Source: Laetmonice hystrix | Taxonomy: Eukaryota | Assembly (NCBI GenBank): GCA_965235115.1 | Contig: OZ249436.1 | Location: forward strand, 41,542,001 to 41,602,000 | DNA length: 60,000 nt | Direction of reading: 5' to 3' | Shown: positions 43,901 through 57,200 of the stretch, piece after piece | Layout: each line of letters begins with the position of its first letter | How positions within the stretch are numbered: the stretch's first letter is position 1 | Program-made: the position numbers and the translations under genes | The notes under the pieces: generated by a model | The model's database searches: none | Told to the model about the DNA's origin: nothing | Seen by the model: the letters and a program-made list of their open reading frames with translations, nothing else

Positions 43901-46900
43901 AGTAAATCAAGGCCATCCATGGATGATGTCAGTTTTTTTTACCTTCCCCGGACCCGTGCGACAAAGAGGAGGGCTATACTACAACCCGTAGCGGCTAGAT
44001 CTCTACCCTATGTAAAATTCCCCTCATACATGTGTAAAACTATCGTAATAGGCCCTAAAAATATTTGCCCGTCTAAATCTCCCGCAATGTGTAAAAATTC
44101 TGCCCGTATGTAAAAAATCTTCGTTCTCCCAGTATGTAACATTCTGCCTATAGATCTATGCTATGTAAAATTGATTTTTACCCGTATAGATCTATAGGCT
44201 AATATAGGCCCCTATGTAGATCTATGTAAAATATCTCCCCTTAGGCCTAAATGTAAAAAAATTAGGCTACTGACGAATAGGCCTATACCTAAAATTGAGA
44301 AATCAACAGCTGGTTCCTGCCTCAATAAAAATACATTTTAAATTAATAAACTAATAATTTGTTTTGGTCATGATGGCATGCCGCAAACGAAAAGCTCCTG
44401 GGGCCGGTTTTTCAATGAAGTTGAGCCAGCTTAGCCAGACGACTTAGGCCCATGAGCGTTTTTCAATGGTCATTTTGAGAGCTAAGTAGGCTACTTAAAC
44501 CTTGGAACTTAAGTCACCTCGGGAGGTGACTTGAGCCACCTGACCACGTCCTAATGTAGCCAAGTGCGGCATGTCATACACTCCTGTCAACTGACAGCGC
44601 CTGATAAAAGATAAACTGTGGCGAAAAATGTTGTTTGGGAAGGTTCCTAAATATTTTCATTCAAAAAAATTAAGTGTAACTCTTTTTGGGTCATGTCAAA
44701 GGTAACATTTCTAACATGTCCAGTCTTGGATTATCATCAATGATTATTATTGATACAATGGATGCATTGAAATTGTTTTTCTTATTTAGATTTGCAAAAC
44801 ACCATTTCATGTTTATTTTCATGCATCCACACCTAAATCAACCATGTCATTTTTTTGCCGTTAAAAAAAACGTTACATTTTCCGTCAAATAAATACGCAC
44901 ATTGTGTCCATCTGTCCTTTATCTCTGAATGTATCAATTTATTAATATCAACTTTAGAATGTACATTTCTGGAATATAATTATGACACATTAAACATTGA
45001 AATTACCTATCAACAAAGTGGTTAAACAGACAGACTGATCCTGTTCATATATATATTTGTCATATATATTTCACACTGATGTATATCGCATACTGATTCG
45101 AAGACATGTATTTCTGGTATAAATGTCACGCTTTTGGCCTCAATCTATTTGACTTTGCTCAAATAAAATACTAAATCACAACCTCTAACCTCTGCATGAG
45201 GCACAACGGACAGATAAACAAATCCAAGATGCCATTTCCCTGTCCATGGGCATGGGGTAATAAAGGAAATAATGTGAAAAGTAGATTGTAGAAATGTGCG
45301 CACATTGTCAACTGTACCAATAAAAGTCAAAGGCAGCCAAAGAAGAAAAAGCAACACACCACCACCGGGAATCGAACCATGAACGTGCCTGCTATGTGGC
45401 GGGACACTGTGATAACCGGTGAGAGTCACACCAAAATAGGGATTGCATACCGCGCTAACCGAAATGGATCTGTGCAGACTTGAGTCGCTGGCTAAGCTTA
45501 AAATTTCATTGAAAAACGCTTTAGACTTAGGTAGCTACTTAAGATCCGTGGCCGACTCAGCCTGAGTAGCTACTCAGCCATGTCATTGAAAAACCGGCCC
45601 CTGGTGAACGGCTAGGCCGACCCCTTGGCCTTGCACCTAAACAAGCGCCCCGGCCACCCGCGGCGCTTGACCCCCAAACACAACTTGATAACTCTACCAG
45701 TGACGCTTTATTATACCCAGAAATAGTCACACCGCGTTCTTGGAGGGATGATCATAGTCGGGGGCCGGTCCAAGTTTCGAAATATTCTATTTTGCAAGGT
45801 TTTGTGAGCAGTTCAAAATTAGCTCTCTCGAGTGATTGTCCATAGGTTAACTATGGCGGACATCGGTCGTCAACTAGGCGCTTGCACCGAGTTTCAAAAT
45901 GAGGCAGCATAGCAACCCGCAACGGAAAACGGTCTATTACTTTATTACCACAGGCTTATTTTCCAGTCTCTGAATGAATTTTATTCCAGATGGCAGAGAA
46001 GAATTTTCTAAAGAAGAAATTACAGGAGTCATTGTCAGCAAATACTGCATCATCTAGAAAGCAGCTTTCTACACCCAACAATACCCACTTGTAAGGTTTA
46101 GGGAAGTACCCCATAATACTTATTTGTCTCACCTTGAATTTGGATGTTTCTGTGTTCCATACAATGAGATCTGGGAAACCGCTGCATGTGTAGCGCATGT
46201 TCTTCACCATGCGTTTAATTACTTCTGCTAAGACTGGACCACCGATACATTTCAGTAAACCCTGTCGGTGTGGACAACATAATGAACATTTAGACTCAAC
46301 ATAGTAAAATCATGGCATTTCTGTAGGAAATATATTTATATGATATAAGTTTTCATGTATTTTTGAATTCTTCAAAACGTCAGTTATGCATCAAACTGCA
46401 ATTCCATGTTTTTTAATTATGTTTCTGGAACCAATCTTTACCTTTGCATGCTCTATGCTCTCAAATCTTTCCCAGTTGACACCAACACAATACGTGCCCT
46501 CGTGCTCTGTCCAGCTTTTTTCCAACCAATCTCCAAGTTCCTGAAGACAAATTATAACCAAGTTTAGTATCACTGAATTATTGACATCAGAGTTTACACA
46601 ATACCCTCAGAAAACCTCTGGGAGCCCTGTGTTGCCGGGTTACAACAGTCAACGAATGCTGTGAAATAGATATGTTTGCTAATGGTACATACTAGCTCTG
46701 TTGACCGGCTGATCCTATCGAGGGATTCGTCCAGCCTTTCTTGACGGGTCACATAGAAATGGTCGGTGCGCAGGTCGAGCGGCGCCGCCTGGTGGGGACT
46801 GATGAAAGCATCTGGCATGTCGATGAACAAATCGTCCCAGAGAAGGAGGCCCAACATGAAGCGGACAGTTCCTCCCTCGTCATGAATCCCTGACAAACAA

Positions 46901-49900
46901 ACAGCCTTTCATTAAACAAACTTCTTCTACATTTAAAATATCACTATGGAAACACAGATTCCAAAGTCAATGAGAAGTCCTAAGTCCTATCGGTAGCCCT
47001 ATAAAAATAGTCTGTTCGCTCTAAGAAGAGCTCGACCTCGGCCTCATTAAAGCTTTGACCTGCCCCCCTCCTCCTGTCTACCCACAGCTGGCGTATCACA
47101 AGTCATCACCGCCTGTCATTCAAGAATATGACCAAATTCCACGTGGTTCTGTATTACCCCAAATGAAGTAATAGCTTTAATGAGGCCAAGGTCGAGCTCT
47201 TCTTAGAGCGAACAGACTATAGCTCCCAAGTACAAGAAAATTACCCTTCCCCCCCCATATTTTTGCTGCACTGAATAATCATCATTTTTAATCAGGACAT
47301 TTTCGGTCTGGAAGACCTGATTGAAAGACATGAGGCTTATCTCAACCTATTTTTGAACGTACCTTGAGGGTATCCAAAGTCTGTGTAATGTCTGAGAGCA
47401 ACATCCTCAACTCGTTTGATGAAGGTCACTTGGCCACCTTCGCCAAGGTGAGAATCATCTGAACACCACTGTGTGCCCACTCCCGGCACAACTAGCTGAC
47501 GACCCTCAATGGTAACCTTCATGTGGAAATCATGCAATGTGAAGATGTTAAAAAACTGGCACAAGGTTTACTGAGTTCATTGCCTATGAAATATATTCTT
47601 AAATCCAGGGTCTCAACTGATGTTTCTGATAAAAATCGGGTCTGTTCTTGTCACATGTTCCCTGGTCTATTTCCAGTATAGAGAAGAGGGTCTAGTGTAA
47701 AGTTATGTACACTGTATGAATCACTCCATTATTTCAAGTCAACCTTTGGGGCCTCCTGAACGCCTGCCATGATGTCGATGTTGAATTTGTCCCATTGTGA
47801 GTGCAGCTTGGCCAGACTTGGTGTGCTGCATATTTTCTGAGCTCGCTGCCACAGAGCGTACCTGTGCCCCGTTCTCACACGATCATCCATTAAGCCCTTT
47901 TGGATTATGTCCAAAGCCTAGAAGGAAAATGCCAGGTTTCTTGAAACAATATCTTTTTACAGGTGTCAAAGAGTGGGTTAAGGCACATTATTTTGTTGGT
48001 AACTGTAAAAAATTATTGTAAACTAAAAATTGACATTTGTGCAATCTTACCCTCTGTGGTTGTTTCAAGTGACTATGAACATTGAGTGCTAGCCGTTCAT
48101 ACCAGCATCCCCTGTAGTCTACATGGTAAACCGTCTGGCTGATGAGTTGTTCTAGCTGAACGACTGCTACCTCATACTTCCTTGCCTTTTGTAGAGCCTC
48201 AACACCCTGCGAAAGGATACGGACATACACAGATCCTGCTGTGTAGCGCCGAAGATGTTCAGGCAGAGAGGTTGCGTGCCTGCGAGTTAAAAACAAGATA
48301 TCTGCAAAATTACATCGGAAACTTTGCTAAATCAACATCACTCTCCTAGCAAAACTATATCTACATTAGGTTCCAGCTTCACTCTGTCAAGATGATGCTT
48401 CTATTTTTTCGTTTTTGCACATGCTGTTTCCCTATTTTAAGTAATGGGACTCTTCTTATTTTCACAAATATTAAAACATTTTTTATATCCAGAGTTCAGA
48501 GTGCTCAGATGTTCACAGCTATATTAAACTCCAAGGTAGTTTCATTGTTTGCAAATCTGTAGGCTTCACACAACAGCATACATCATGCTTACTCTGTTTG
48601 TTGTCGATCTTTGTTGGCTGTCATAGCCAGGTGCTTCACCTGCTCATACAGTTCAAGTGCTCGATCTATGCTGTTTGTCTCTACGCTCTCCCTGATGTCT
48701 GCCTCAAGTTGAACTGCTGAACAATACTGTAACAGGGCCTGCCGATCGGTAAAGATTTCGGTCTGCCGGTCCACCATGTACTTTGGATATTTAACTTGTC
48801 CAATGTTTATCATGAGCATTTGAAAGCTGAAATGTCAAGACCATCGTTTACTATGGTAGTTATTTTATCTGTAATATTATATATGCAGGTTGGTATTTTA
48901 CATGTACTGCTAGGTCTAGCTACGCTTATCTTCACTGTATAGCACTTCACTAAATTCTTTAGACAAATACTAGTAAGTTCAGTAGATTTTACAGTTGTAG
49001 GCTGTTGCCAGTCTCATCCTCTTCGCCAGTAATGTTGTGAAGTGAGAAGAGCATCATGGCTCGCATCAGAACCCAGCGAGAAGCTGTGTCTATCTTGTAA
49101 CAGTGGCCCAGTAGTCCTCGAGCCCTGACAAGCATATAAAAAATCTTTTGTAATAATCCATGTTTCCAAGAAAATCAAGTGTAAAGGTGAATAAATACCT
49201 TCCCATTCCCTTGGTTACCTTTTCACAACTTCTTGCTGATTGTCTTTACTGTGGCCAGCACTGAAGAATGATGATATTGACTTCTTTTTAGCGTGTTGAA
49301 GGACGGCCTCAATGATGGCAGTTCTCTGGTCAGTTGCTGACAGCCGTAAGGATTTGGCTAAGACCTTGAGGTCAGGAGCTGGAAGTGTTGAAAGAATATC
49401 CTCCAGGTCTGTCAGACTAGTATCTAAGAAATGAATTGGGAAGGACATTCACAGCAAATTGTTTTGAGTGAAAATGTATGCTTTTTGAGATAAATGCCTG
49501 CGCAAATGTGACAGACTACTGTAGTAAGGCATAATCGTGATGTTGTTAAAACAGGAATACATTTTTAAGCAAATTATTTTTTAAAATAAAAGGATGTGCT
49601 TTTTCTTATGTATTTTGATTGTACAATGACATAAAAATCTTTGAATAAACAAACTTCCAATGAAATAAGAAGAGAAATCCTACCATCCAGTAAGAGTGTC
49701 CTGTCCACTAGCTCGTTCAATACAGGGGTAAGATCATCAGCAATGTTCTTATATTCAATCTGACTGTCCCTCAACCATCGGACCTTCCTCTGGAATAACC
49801 GCACGTACAACTTCTGGCCACATTCTGCAATTTACAGTGGACAATGCAGTTTTAATAATAATACAGGTCACACCAAACTTTCACTGTGTCAGCTACATTA

Positions 49901-51149
49901 TTACCAAGGACGTGAAAGTAATTGTGAAATCATTACTCAGAGTTTACATAGTGTAATTGTCTACAAGGTATTCTTCTACCTCAAACTTTTAAACATTTTT
50001 AGTCTGGAAATAATATCACAGCAAGAGTCTTACTTAAGGCAAGTGTTAAAATACTTTAATCTAAAATTCTTGGAATTGAATATTAGCAGTATTGGACATC
50101 ATTTGATTTAATTCCTTACCAGATAGATCTTGGAAAGTTTTTATGATGTTTCTATCCTCTTCATTAAACAACTTCCAGTAATGTGGGTCTTCAATGACAG
50201 AATCTAAGATAAGCATGAAGTTCTCTAGGTAGTATGGCACACGGTACTGCACCTCTTCATCCTCCAATTTATCACTACCTGTTTCCATCTGTTCCATTTG
50301 GGATTCATGTTTTTCCTCTTCATCTTTATCTATCTTTTTTATTTCAAAATTATGTAAAGGTTCATTCTGATTTTGGTCTTTGACCATTGTATTGGAATCA
50401 ATATCTGAAATCTCTAAAGCATATTTGCCACTTGTAGCACTGTCGGGGGCAGGTGACTGCATGGTACACTCGGAGGGAGACATAATGATGGTTGTCGGTT
50501 TTTTCACAGGATCTTCACTCTTCCTTCTTATCTTAACTTCTAAAGAATGTTCTTTCTCTGTACTTTTGGAAATACTGGATTTCTTTTTTCTCAAAGACAG
50601 CCTTGATTTTGGTTCCATTAATTTTTCATAATCTTTTTCTGTCTTTGGATGGATTTGTTGGTTTGATATAAGAATAGATCCTTTCTTTCTTACCACTGGT
50701 TTAGATTCATTAGTCTCTGATATCTCTCCTTTGGGAATGTCATTATTGCTAACACTGTTGTTTTTACTTGTATTTCTTCCTTGAATGCTTTTATTAAATA
50801 TTTCTTCTGGAGACGAGGCAGCTATGTTCAATTTTCTTTTCCTCAGTTTACTGGAAGGATGTCCACTTGACATATCTGGATTCTTCTGTTCCATTTGATA
50901 TGTCTTTATCTGGTGGTCAGTCTTAGCGGGAGATTCCTGATTTTCAATTATTTCAATATCATTATCTTCTTGACTACATGCCCCACTTGTTGATGTTTTT
51001 TCTTCTTCTAATGAAATTGTCTGTTGCTGCCTTTGTTTCTTGAACATGTTGATAATAGAATAGGAGCTGCTTGTGCTTGCCTTCTCTATCTTCAACCTTC
51101 CACGTGAAACAGCAGAGCTGCTTTTCTCATTTCTTTTTGTTCGACCCAT
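40938..51149 (-). CDS. FAN1: Fanconi-associated nuclease 1, ~953 aa, 13 coding exons: 51149-50120, 49824-49684, 49423-49219, 49124-48993, 48826-48593, 48279-48051, 47917-47744, 47516-47363, 46889-46693, 46540-46442, 46261-46133, 43436-43331, 40969-40938
   Basis: Motifs [50 protein letters not shown] and [18 protein letters not shown]-terminus EVCHVVAVG. All introns are GT-AG with consistent phases (2862 nt total). AATAAA at 40834-40839. Confidence 0.93.
41298..42089. mobile_element. Inverted-repeat element remnant with 38-bp tandem array in the last FAN1 intron
   Basis: 41298-~41560 mirrors ~41628-41884. About 5.5 copies of GGTCTTTGTTTTTTACCTGGTAGGGTCTTCGTTTTATA run from 41847. Terminus ...TTTTATACACACCC. 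Confidence 0.7.
42761..43040 (+). repeat. 40-bp minisatellite, about 7 copies
   Basis: Unit CAGATCAGAACACCTTTCAACATTGAATGTGTATGACCCA. Confidence 0.9.
44401..45600. mobile_element. 1.2-kb non-autonomous Harbinger-type element, TSD CTG
   Basis: CTG|GGGCCGGTTTTTCAATGA ... TCATTGAAAAACCGGCCC|CTG. Confidence 0.8.
47008..47219. mobile_element. MITE with TAG termini in a FAN1 intron
   Basis: TAGTCTGTTCGCTCTAAGAAGAGCTCGACCT ... AGGTCGAGCTCTTCTTAGAGCGAACAGACTA; arms about 47 bp. Confidence 0.8.
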
Positions 51150-51471
51150 GATAATATCTGAAATAGAAAGATTTTATTGCATAGTCTGATTTAGGCAGTG
51201 GATATTTTGCCGGCATATGGATGGGCCATATGTGACTGCAATACTTTCCTCTTGGATGATGTACATCTTAATTCTGACAAAATTAATTAACAGGGGATTA
51301 TCTAATTAGCACCTAATCAAAGACGCAAAGTCAGAAGGGGGTGGCCGGGGTGGGGGGGGGGGCACAATCGGAATCGTAATGGTAACTAAAAAGGGCCTGA
51401 ACTTGGCTGAAGTATAGATCGAAGATCGGCGACTTTGGGGGGTCGGGGTCTATGCATGCATGTTCTTTGAA

Positions 51472-52414
51472 CAGTGGCGGATCCAGGCCCGGGGGGGGGG
51501 GTGTCGGCGACGTCCGGACCCCCCCCCCCCCCCCCCCCTTTAGTTCAGTTTCTAAACGGTGTCTTCCAGAACACCGTTTAGTTGTCGAGTGACGCTGGCC
51601 TAGCGACTCATGGACGCTCTGCGAAGAGGTCCGTTATCGCAACTTTGCGGCCTTCGTTTTGGTACTAAACTTCTTCCCCGGAGTATGAAATCGATTTTTA
51701 TAGAGAGCCACGGTATTGAAATTTCTATTCCGACTTTGATTATAATTATTGGACAAATATAACGTCCACACGGTCCGGTTGTTTACGAGCATGTCGGGTC
51801 CGTAAGTCCGTCAGCCATCTGCGGTGCACCGAGTGACCGGGAACTGATAACAGTTAGATCGCTACTGGTACCCGAAACGGGTAGCTTCACTCTGTGCCGT
51901 CAGCGTCTGCTTGAACAGAGCGCGACCTACTTATGCGGTCCGTTCCGGATCCATTGTAGAGGTCGAAAATACGCACACGCGATAAACTGGGTCACCGCTC
52001 GTCACCCGCGCTGCGCTGTATTTGACCAAACAAACTGAGAATTTCACTACTAAGATAACATCCAACAAAATACATTTACGTATCTGTTGAAGTAACCTCT
52101 TTTGTGTACTCTCAGCAAGTTTCAGTGCCAAAAGTGGTCTGAAACATGACTTTGAGGCGATGATGCGCGATAGGACCGAGATAGAACCCCGGCAGCATAG
52201 CAGTCGCTGGCGCATTTGTACTCGACGGTCAGAGTCCGTATGGACGTAAGGACTAGGACTCTGACTTGTTGGAGTACCCCCCCTTAAATTTGCCAAATTT
52301 AATTTTTTATAACCAAAATGACTTTTGTTTTTACAACGGACCCCCCTTGATTTGCCCTTTTAATGCTGGACCCCCATAGGACCCCCCTGAATATAGACCC
52401 TAGATCCGCCCCTG
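51472..52414. mobile_element. CAG..GGATCC MITE with 5-bp TSD TTGAA, carrying a ~720-bp internal insertion
   Basis: TTGAA|CAGTGGCGGATCCAGG ... TAGATCCGCCCCTG|TTGAA. Its 3' part matches the shorter copy at 20206-20390. Confidence 0.75.
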
Positions 52415-54297
52415 TTGAAGGTTCCTGGACTAGCCTAATGCCCTAAGCCTTGGCCTTGCCTTTGACGTTTGAGTTTGACTTTGACCGAGTGAAGGAAACC
52501 CGACCGTCACTGCACCAAATATCGCTCGAAATAAGCAGCCTAATATTCATCATCTAAAGTAATCATAGGGTGACATGTCTTTTACACCTGAAACACATGA
52601 TTTGTTTGTCAGCCGGGATTAAACTATAACGTTGTTATGGTTTTTAGCTGTTGATTACCTGATAAAACTTGCCATCCAGTTTGTCTACGATTGGGCTTTG
52701 GTTCCGGCGGGCCGATTTGGCAAAACCTTTTTACCGGCAGGTGGCAGCATACGAGTACGCTCGGTTGTCAACCGCTCCGCTAGATGTCTCTCTCGTGCAA
52801 AGTCGACTCTGTTACCCGGTAGAGTTGCCGCCACTTTGACCAGGAAGAGGCGACAGCGGTGTTGGAGATTGCCACATACTGTATAGAATCAAACGTGTCG
52901 CCAGACGTGTCGCGAGGCCAAAATTGCTGCACCTTTCAGGGGTGTCGGAACAGGCGGCAGGTAGGGGCCATACCCCCCATATTACAGGGGGGGGGGCAGA
53001 GTATCATTTGCCCCCCTCCCAATTTCCAACTTTTAGGTCAAAATTCCATGCTTAACTTTCCTCAAACTGCCCCCTTATTTTCTAAATTTTCCGGGGGCAA
53101 GCCCCGGACTCCCCGACAGTAGAGGCGTGCGCCAGCTGTTGCATACCCCCCCCCCCCTTCCCAAAATCTTAGATCCGCCCCTATCAGGCATAGGCTAACC
53201 AGAGGCGGACGGCTCAATCAATTTTCGCGCATTTTTATGACAACACCATTCATTTTATGCTCAGCTTAGCTTTCCGTTCCACTGTGCCACGGGCCTTTTA
53301 CAGTACATTTTTAAGTTCGTTACTATAAGGGGCGGATACCATTTGATACCGGGGGGGGGGGGGCTATGGATTTTCTCCATGAGCAAACTTTTTTTGCCCC
53401 CAGGCCAAAGCTATCTTTTTTTCCGTTATGCCGATTAATCAAACAGATTTTTTTTTTCAACAAAAAAGCAAACATATCAAATGGAGTAGGACTATTACTA
53501 GTATTAGCAAGTCACACATGTATGAAAATGATAACCCCCCCCCCCCATTCCTAAGACTACTATTGGTATGTTGCTTTGTTGGGCGATTGTATTGCAACTC
53601 CCCCCCCCTCCCCCGGCATCTTGCCTATATCATGGCCTAGAGCTTTAGACTTTTAGTATAGGCTAGGCCTCTGCTATGCAGGCCTACCTATCATCAGGAT
53701 CCCGTCATAAAAATACCATAAACTACTGTAGTATAGATCTGTATTGGTTATCGTCTATAGGCCTAATGTTGGCATGGCCGGCCAGACGTATTTATCCTCG
53801 AGACTAGGGTTACATCTATGGTTACATAAATAACACTGACCAGATTCGTGCAGGTCAAAAACTGGAACAACCCTAGGCGGAAGCATGCTGCGTGTTGCTT
53901 AGGAACGCGACGCCATTGATCAAATGTTGACCTAGTTCCATATTAATTGTAAACAAGCACCTGCTAGGCGCTGTCGCCATATTGTAAAATGTGGATTAAG
54001 GAAACCTGTTGAACCGCGTAAATCGGAAGCAAACTCGAAGTTTGTTCACATGATGGAAAAATCAATGGGGGATTAAGTGAAGACAAGATTTCTGGATTAT
54101 CTCATCCAGCGGATCCACGTCAGATCGACATTTTGAGTGGTGTGGATGTGTAGAGTTGTTCCAAGTTGTGATCCCCGACAACTCTGAGCGGCGGCGGCGG
54201 TGAGAGCGGTGGGATCAGCCGTAGGACGTTAGTAAGGGCCAGTCATCCAGCATGTCACGGTCTGTCTCTTGATCAGGCACTTTTTGTCGGCAGAAAA

Positions 54298-57200
54298 ATG
54301 ACTGCAGGCCAGTCATCATGTGGTCGTTTGATTCTGTCAACCTGTTTACTGTGGTTGTCAGTCGGTATAGGTACGTCACTGCCTTTACTATCAAACTTGG
54401 GACGAGTTTTGAGTTGAGTTGAAACTTGAGTTGAACTTGAAAGTTAAAAAGTTACTCGATCACTCAGTCAGTGAAACACATTTTTTACTGAATGAACAAT
54501 AATTTAAATAAAACATTAGTCAACGATATAAATTCATTGACCATATATCTATCCTGTAAAGTAAGAATTGAGTACTTGACTCCCATGTAGGAATGAGAAG
54601 TACTCGTAATAATTGTTACATAATTGGTCAGTGGCTGGGTCGGCCGTGGTCGGTGGTGGTGTTTTTAGGTGGTGGCTGTTTTAGGTGGCCTTATCATACA
54701 TGTGTATTTTATGTCATCAATATAAAACTGATATTTTATTTCTCAGAACTTAAATGTATAAAATGGATATTTTTTTCCAGGATTGTGTGTGGGGCAAACA
54801 TGTGACTGTGCTGTGGATTGTGTCAGTAACTGTACTGCTGGGCAGTACTTCGATACCAATTCTTCCCTGTGTCTCACCTGTGAGCCTGGCTACTAGTAAG
54901 TTTTTGTAGAACATTTGCATCAGGGTTTGGTTCTATATACCCCTATGGCTATGCAAATCACAATTTTAGAATTCTGTAACCATTACTTAGGCATAACTTT
55001 TACTACAGCTAGGTTCAGGTGCTGCCATTTTAAATCAGTTTTTATTTTAATTTAACTGAAATATAAATATTGAAGACACCAGTATATTTGATGCTTTTAG
55101 CAATTAGATTTGAAAATTGGGTCAGGTGATGCATCAAAGAGCTTTTTTTCCCCTAAAGTTGTGAAGGGTATGGAGTGCCACGCCAGGCCTGTCCAAATGG
55201 ACAGATGAACCCGTCTGCCGGAGCTCAATCTTCTGGAGCATGTACTCATTGTACAGGTACCACCTATAGTGCCTCAGCAGGAACAGCTAATTGTGTGGTA
55301 AGAATCTATGTTACTAGCGACCGTAAGCCATTTTTTTAAATTCCGCCGATATCTACAAATGATACATCATATGAAAGGTCTAGTTTTGCCTTGTTCAAAA
55401 CTGTTCGAATTTTGAAGATCGGACATAGGGAAGTGGAGATATGCTTCATTGAACGTCGGAAGGTTGAGCTTTTCTGAGACAAGAAAATCGTGAAAACTGG
55501 AAAAAACATGGTACACCAAGATATCTTTTAATAAAAAGCCCATTTACCCACTTTTCATGTTTCTGCCTTTAATATAAGTCATATTTAGTACTTGTGCAAA
55601 GTTTCAAACCTCTTGATTTATTTGTGGTCAAACAATAGCTTCTCAAAGTCATGAATGTCAGTGGTTTTTGGCCGTCTACTATGAAATCAGGCCGGTTGCT
55701 GCCTAGTTTGCTGCCTCATTAGTCGGTCTTCCAAGCCAATATTAACTATGCAAAGTCTTTATAAGTTTGTTTTCATGTACTCTATGCATACAAGTTATAG
55801 ATTTTGCCACTAACTCACAGAATGGACAGATGCAGTGCATCCACTCAGAGCTGAAGGCCAAATTGGCGCATGTCGAAATGTCCGAAGCGTATGGCTCTCT
55901 ATTATCGCTCACCTTCAATGGCCGCTCATCATTAACGGCTAGGAGAGGGGTGGCTTCAACGCCGAAATATTATGTGATGTCCAAACTCAAAAATTACAAA
56001 AACCATGCTGTTATACTAAAAAGACACCAAGGAATTTGAATATCAAGGTTTAAATGGCGTATATGCACGTTTTTTTATTTTATTTCTTAAACGAAATCTT
56101 CAAACATTGATTAAATACCTTTTCCCTGGGCACTCGAGCGAAAAACAATCAAATACGCTCACTTCAGATGTTTCCCTGTCGATTCCGTGTAATATTTAGC
56201 CAAAACATCTTAGTTCAAGCTCCCTAGGTGGGGTACAACGAAGTGCTGTTTTTTTTACCAAGAATTTTGGCAGAATCCATTTCTAGCTACCCCAGCGCCT
56301 CTAGCGCGCGTTACGGTCGCTAATGTTACCTCCTTTTTTCTAAACCCAAGTGAAAATAAAAGACACACATACATGCCACATTGGCCAGATCAGTAACATG
56401 GGTGATGGGTTACATGCATTTCAATGCAAAGATTGAATGGAAAGAGAGTTGGCCTCCTAAAATCTTCTCCAATCGTCTGGTTTTAATGAATTGTTTTTGA
56501 TTCTCTGCTATGTTTCCATGGCCTATCATATTGATATCCTGATTAATATATGGGTAATGGTATAAATGTGACACTTCAAAATTAAAAAGCACATTGAGAT
56601 GTCTTGTTGAAATTGAGTGAAATATTCTCTAAAGTTGATGAATTTTGACATTTAGACAGATCACCATATCCTTTGTTTTGCAGAAAAGGGTGAAACCCCT
56701 CAAAAAGAACTGTGCTATTATAGGAATAGTGAACGGTTTAGGGCCAGCCAGCCGGGGGCCTCCGAGGCCAAGTGCCCTATCTCACCGCTAACGCATCCTA
56801 AACCGTTCACTATTCCTGTTATAAAATGGCCTCACATTAACAAACAAGAATTTAGACTAATAACAATAATTGTTACCGTTTACGCCTACCATACCATCGT
56901 CACCTACTTCCGAAACGTGAGGCATGAATGACCTAATTCCCCACTGGAAGACCCTTCCTTTTTAGTTAATGCCAAAACGTCACAATTGTCACAATTAAAC
57001 GTCACAATTGTGACGTCACTGATGACGCTGTTTTCGCTTTGTTTAGTCATGGAGCAACACAATGGCATTATCCATTGTCAAGTTTACGTTCGATTCCGTG
57101 ATCTATCGGTAGGATAGATCACGTTACTATGGTGAAACGTAATTACATATGCATGGCCCGGGCCGCTACATTTATGTACGCTGGCCGGAACATGTGTTTT

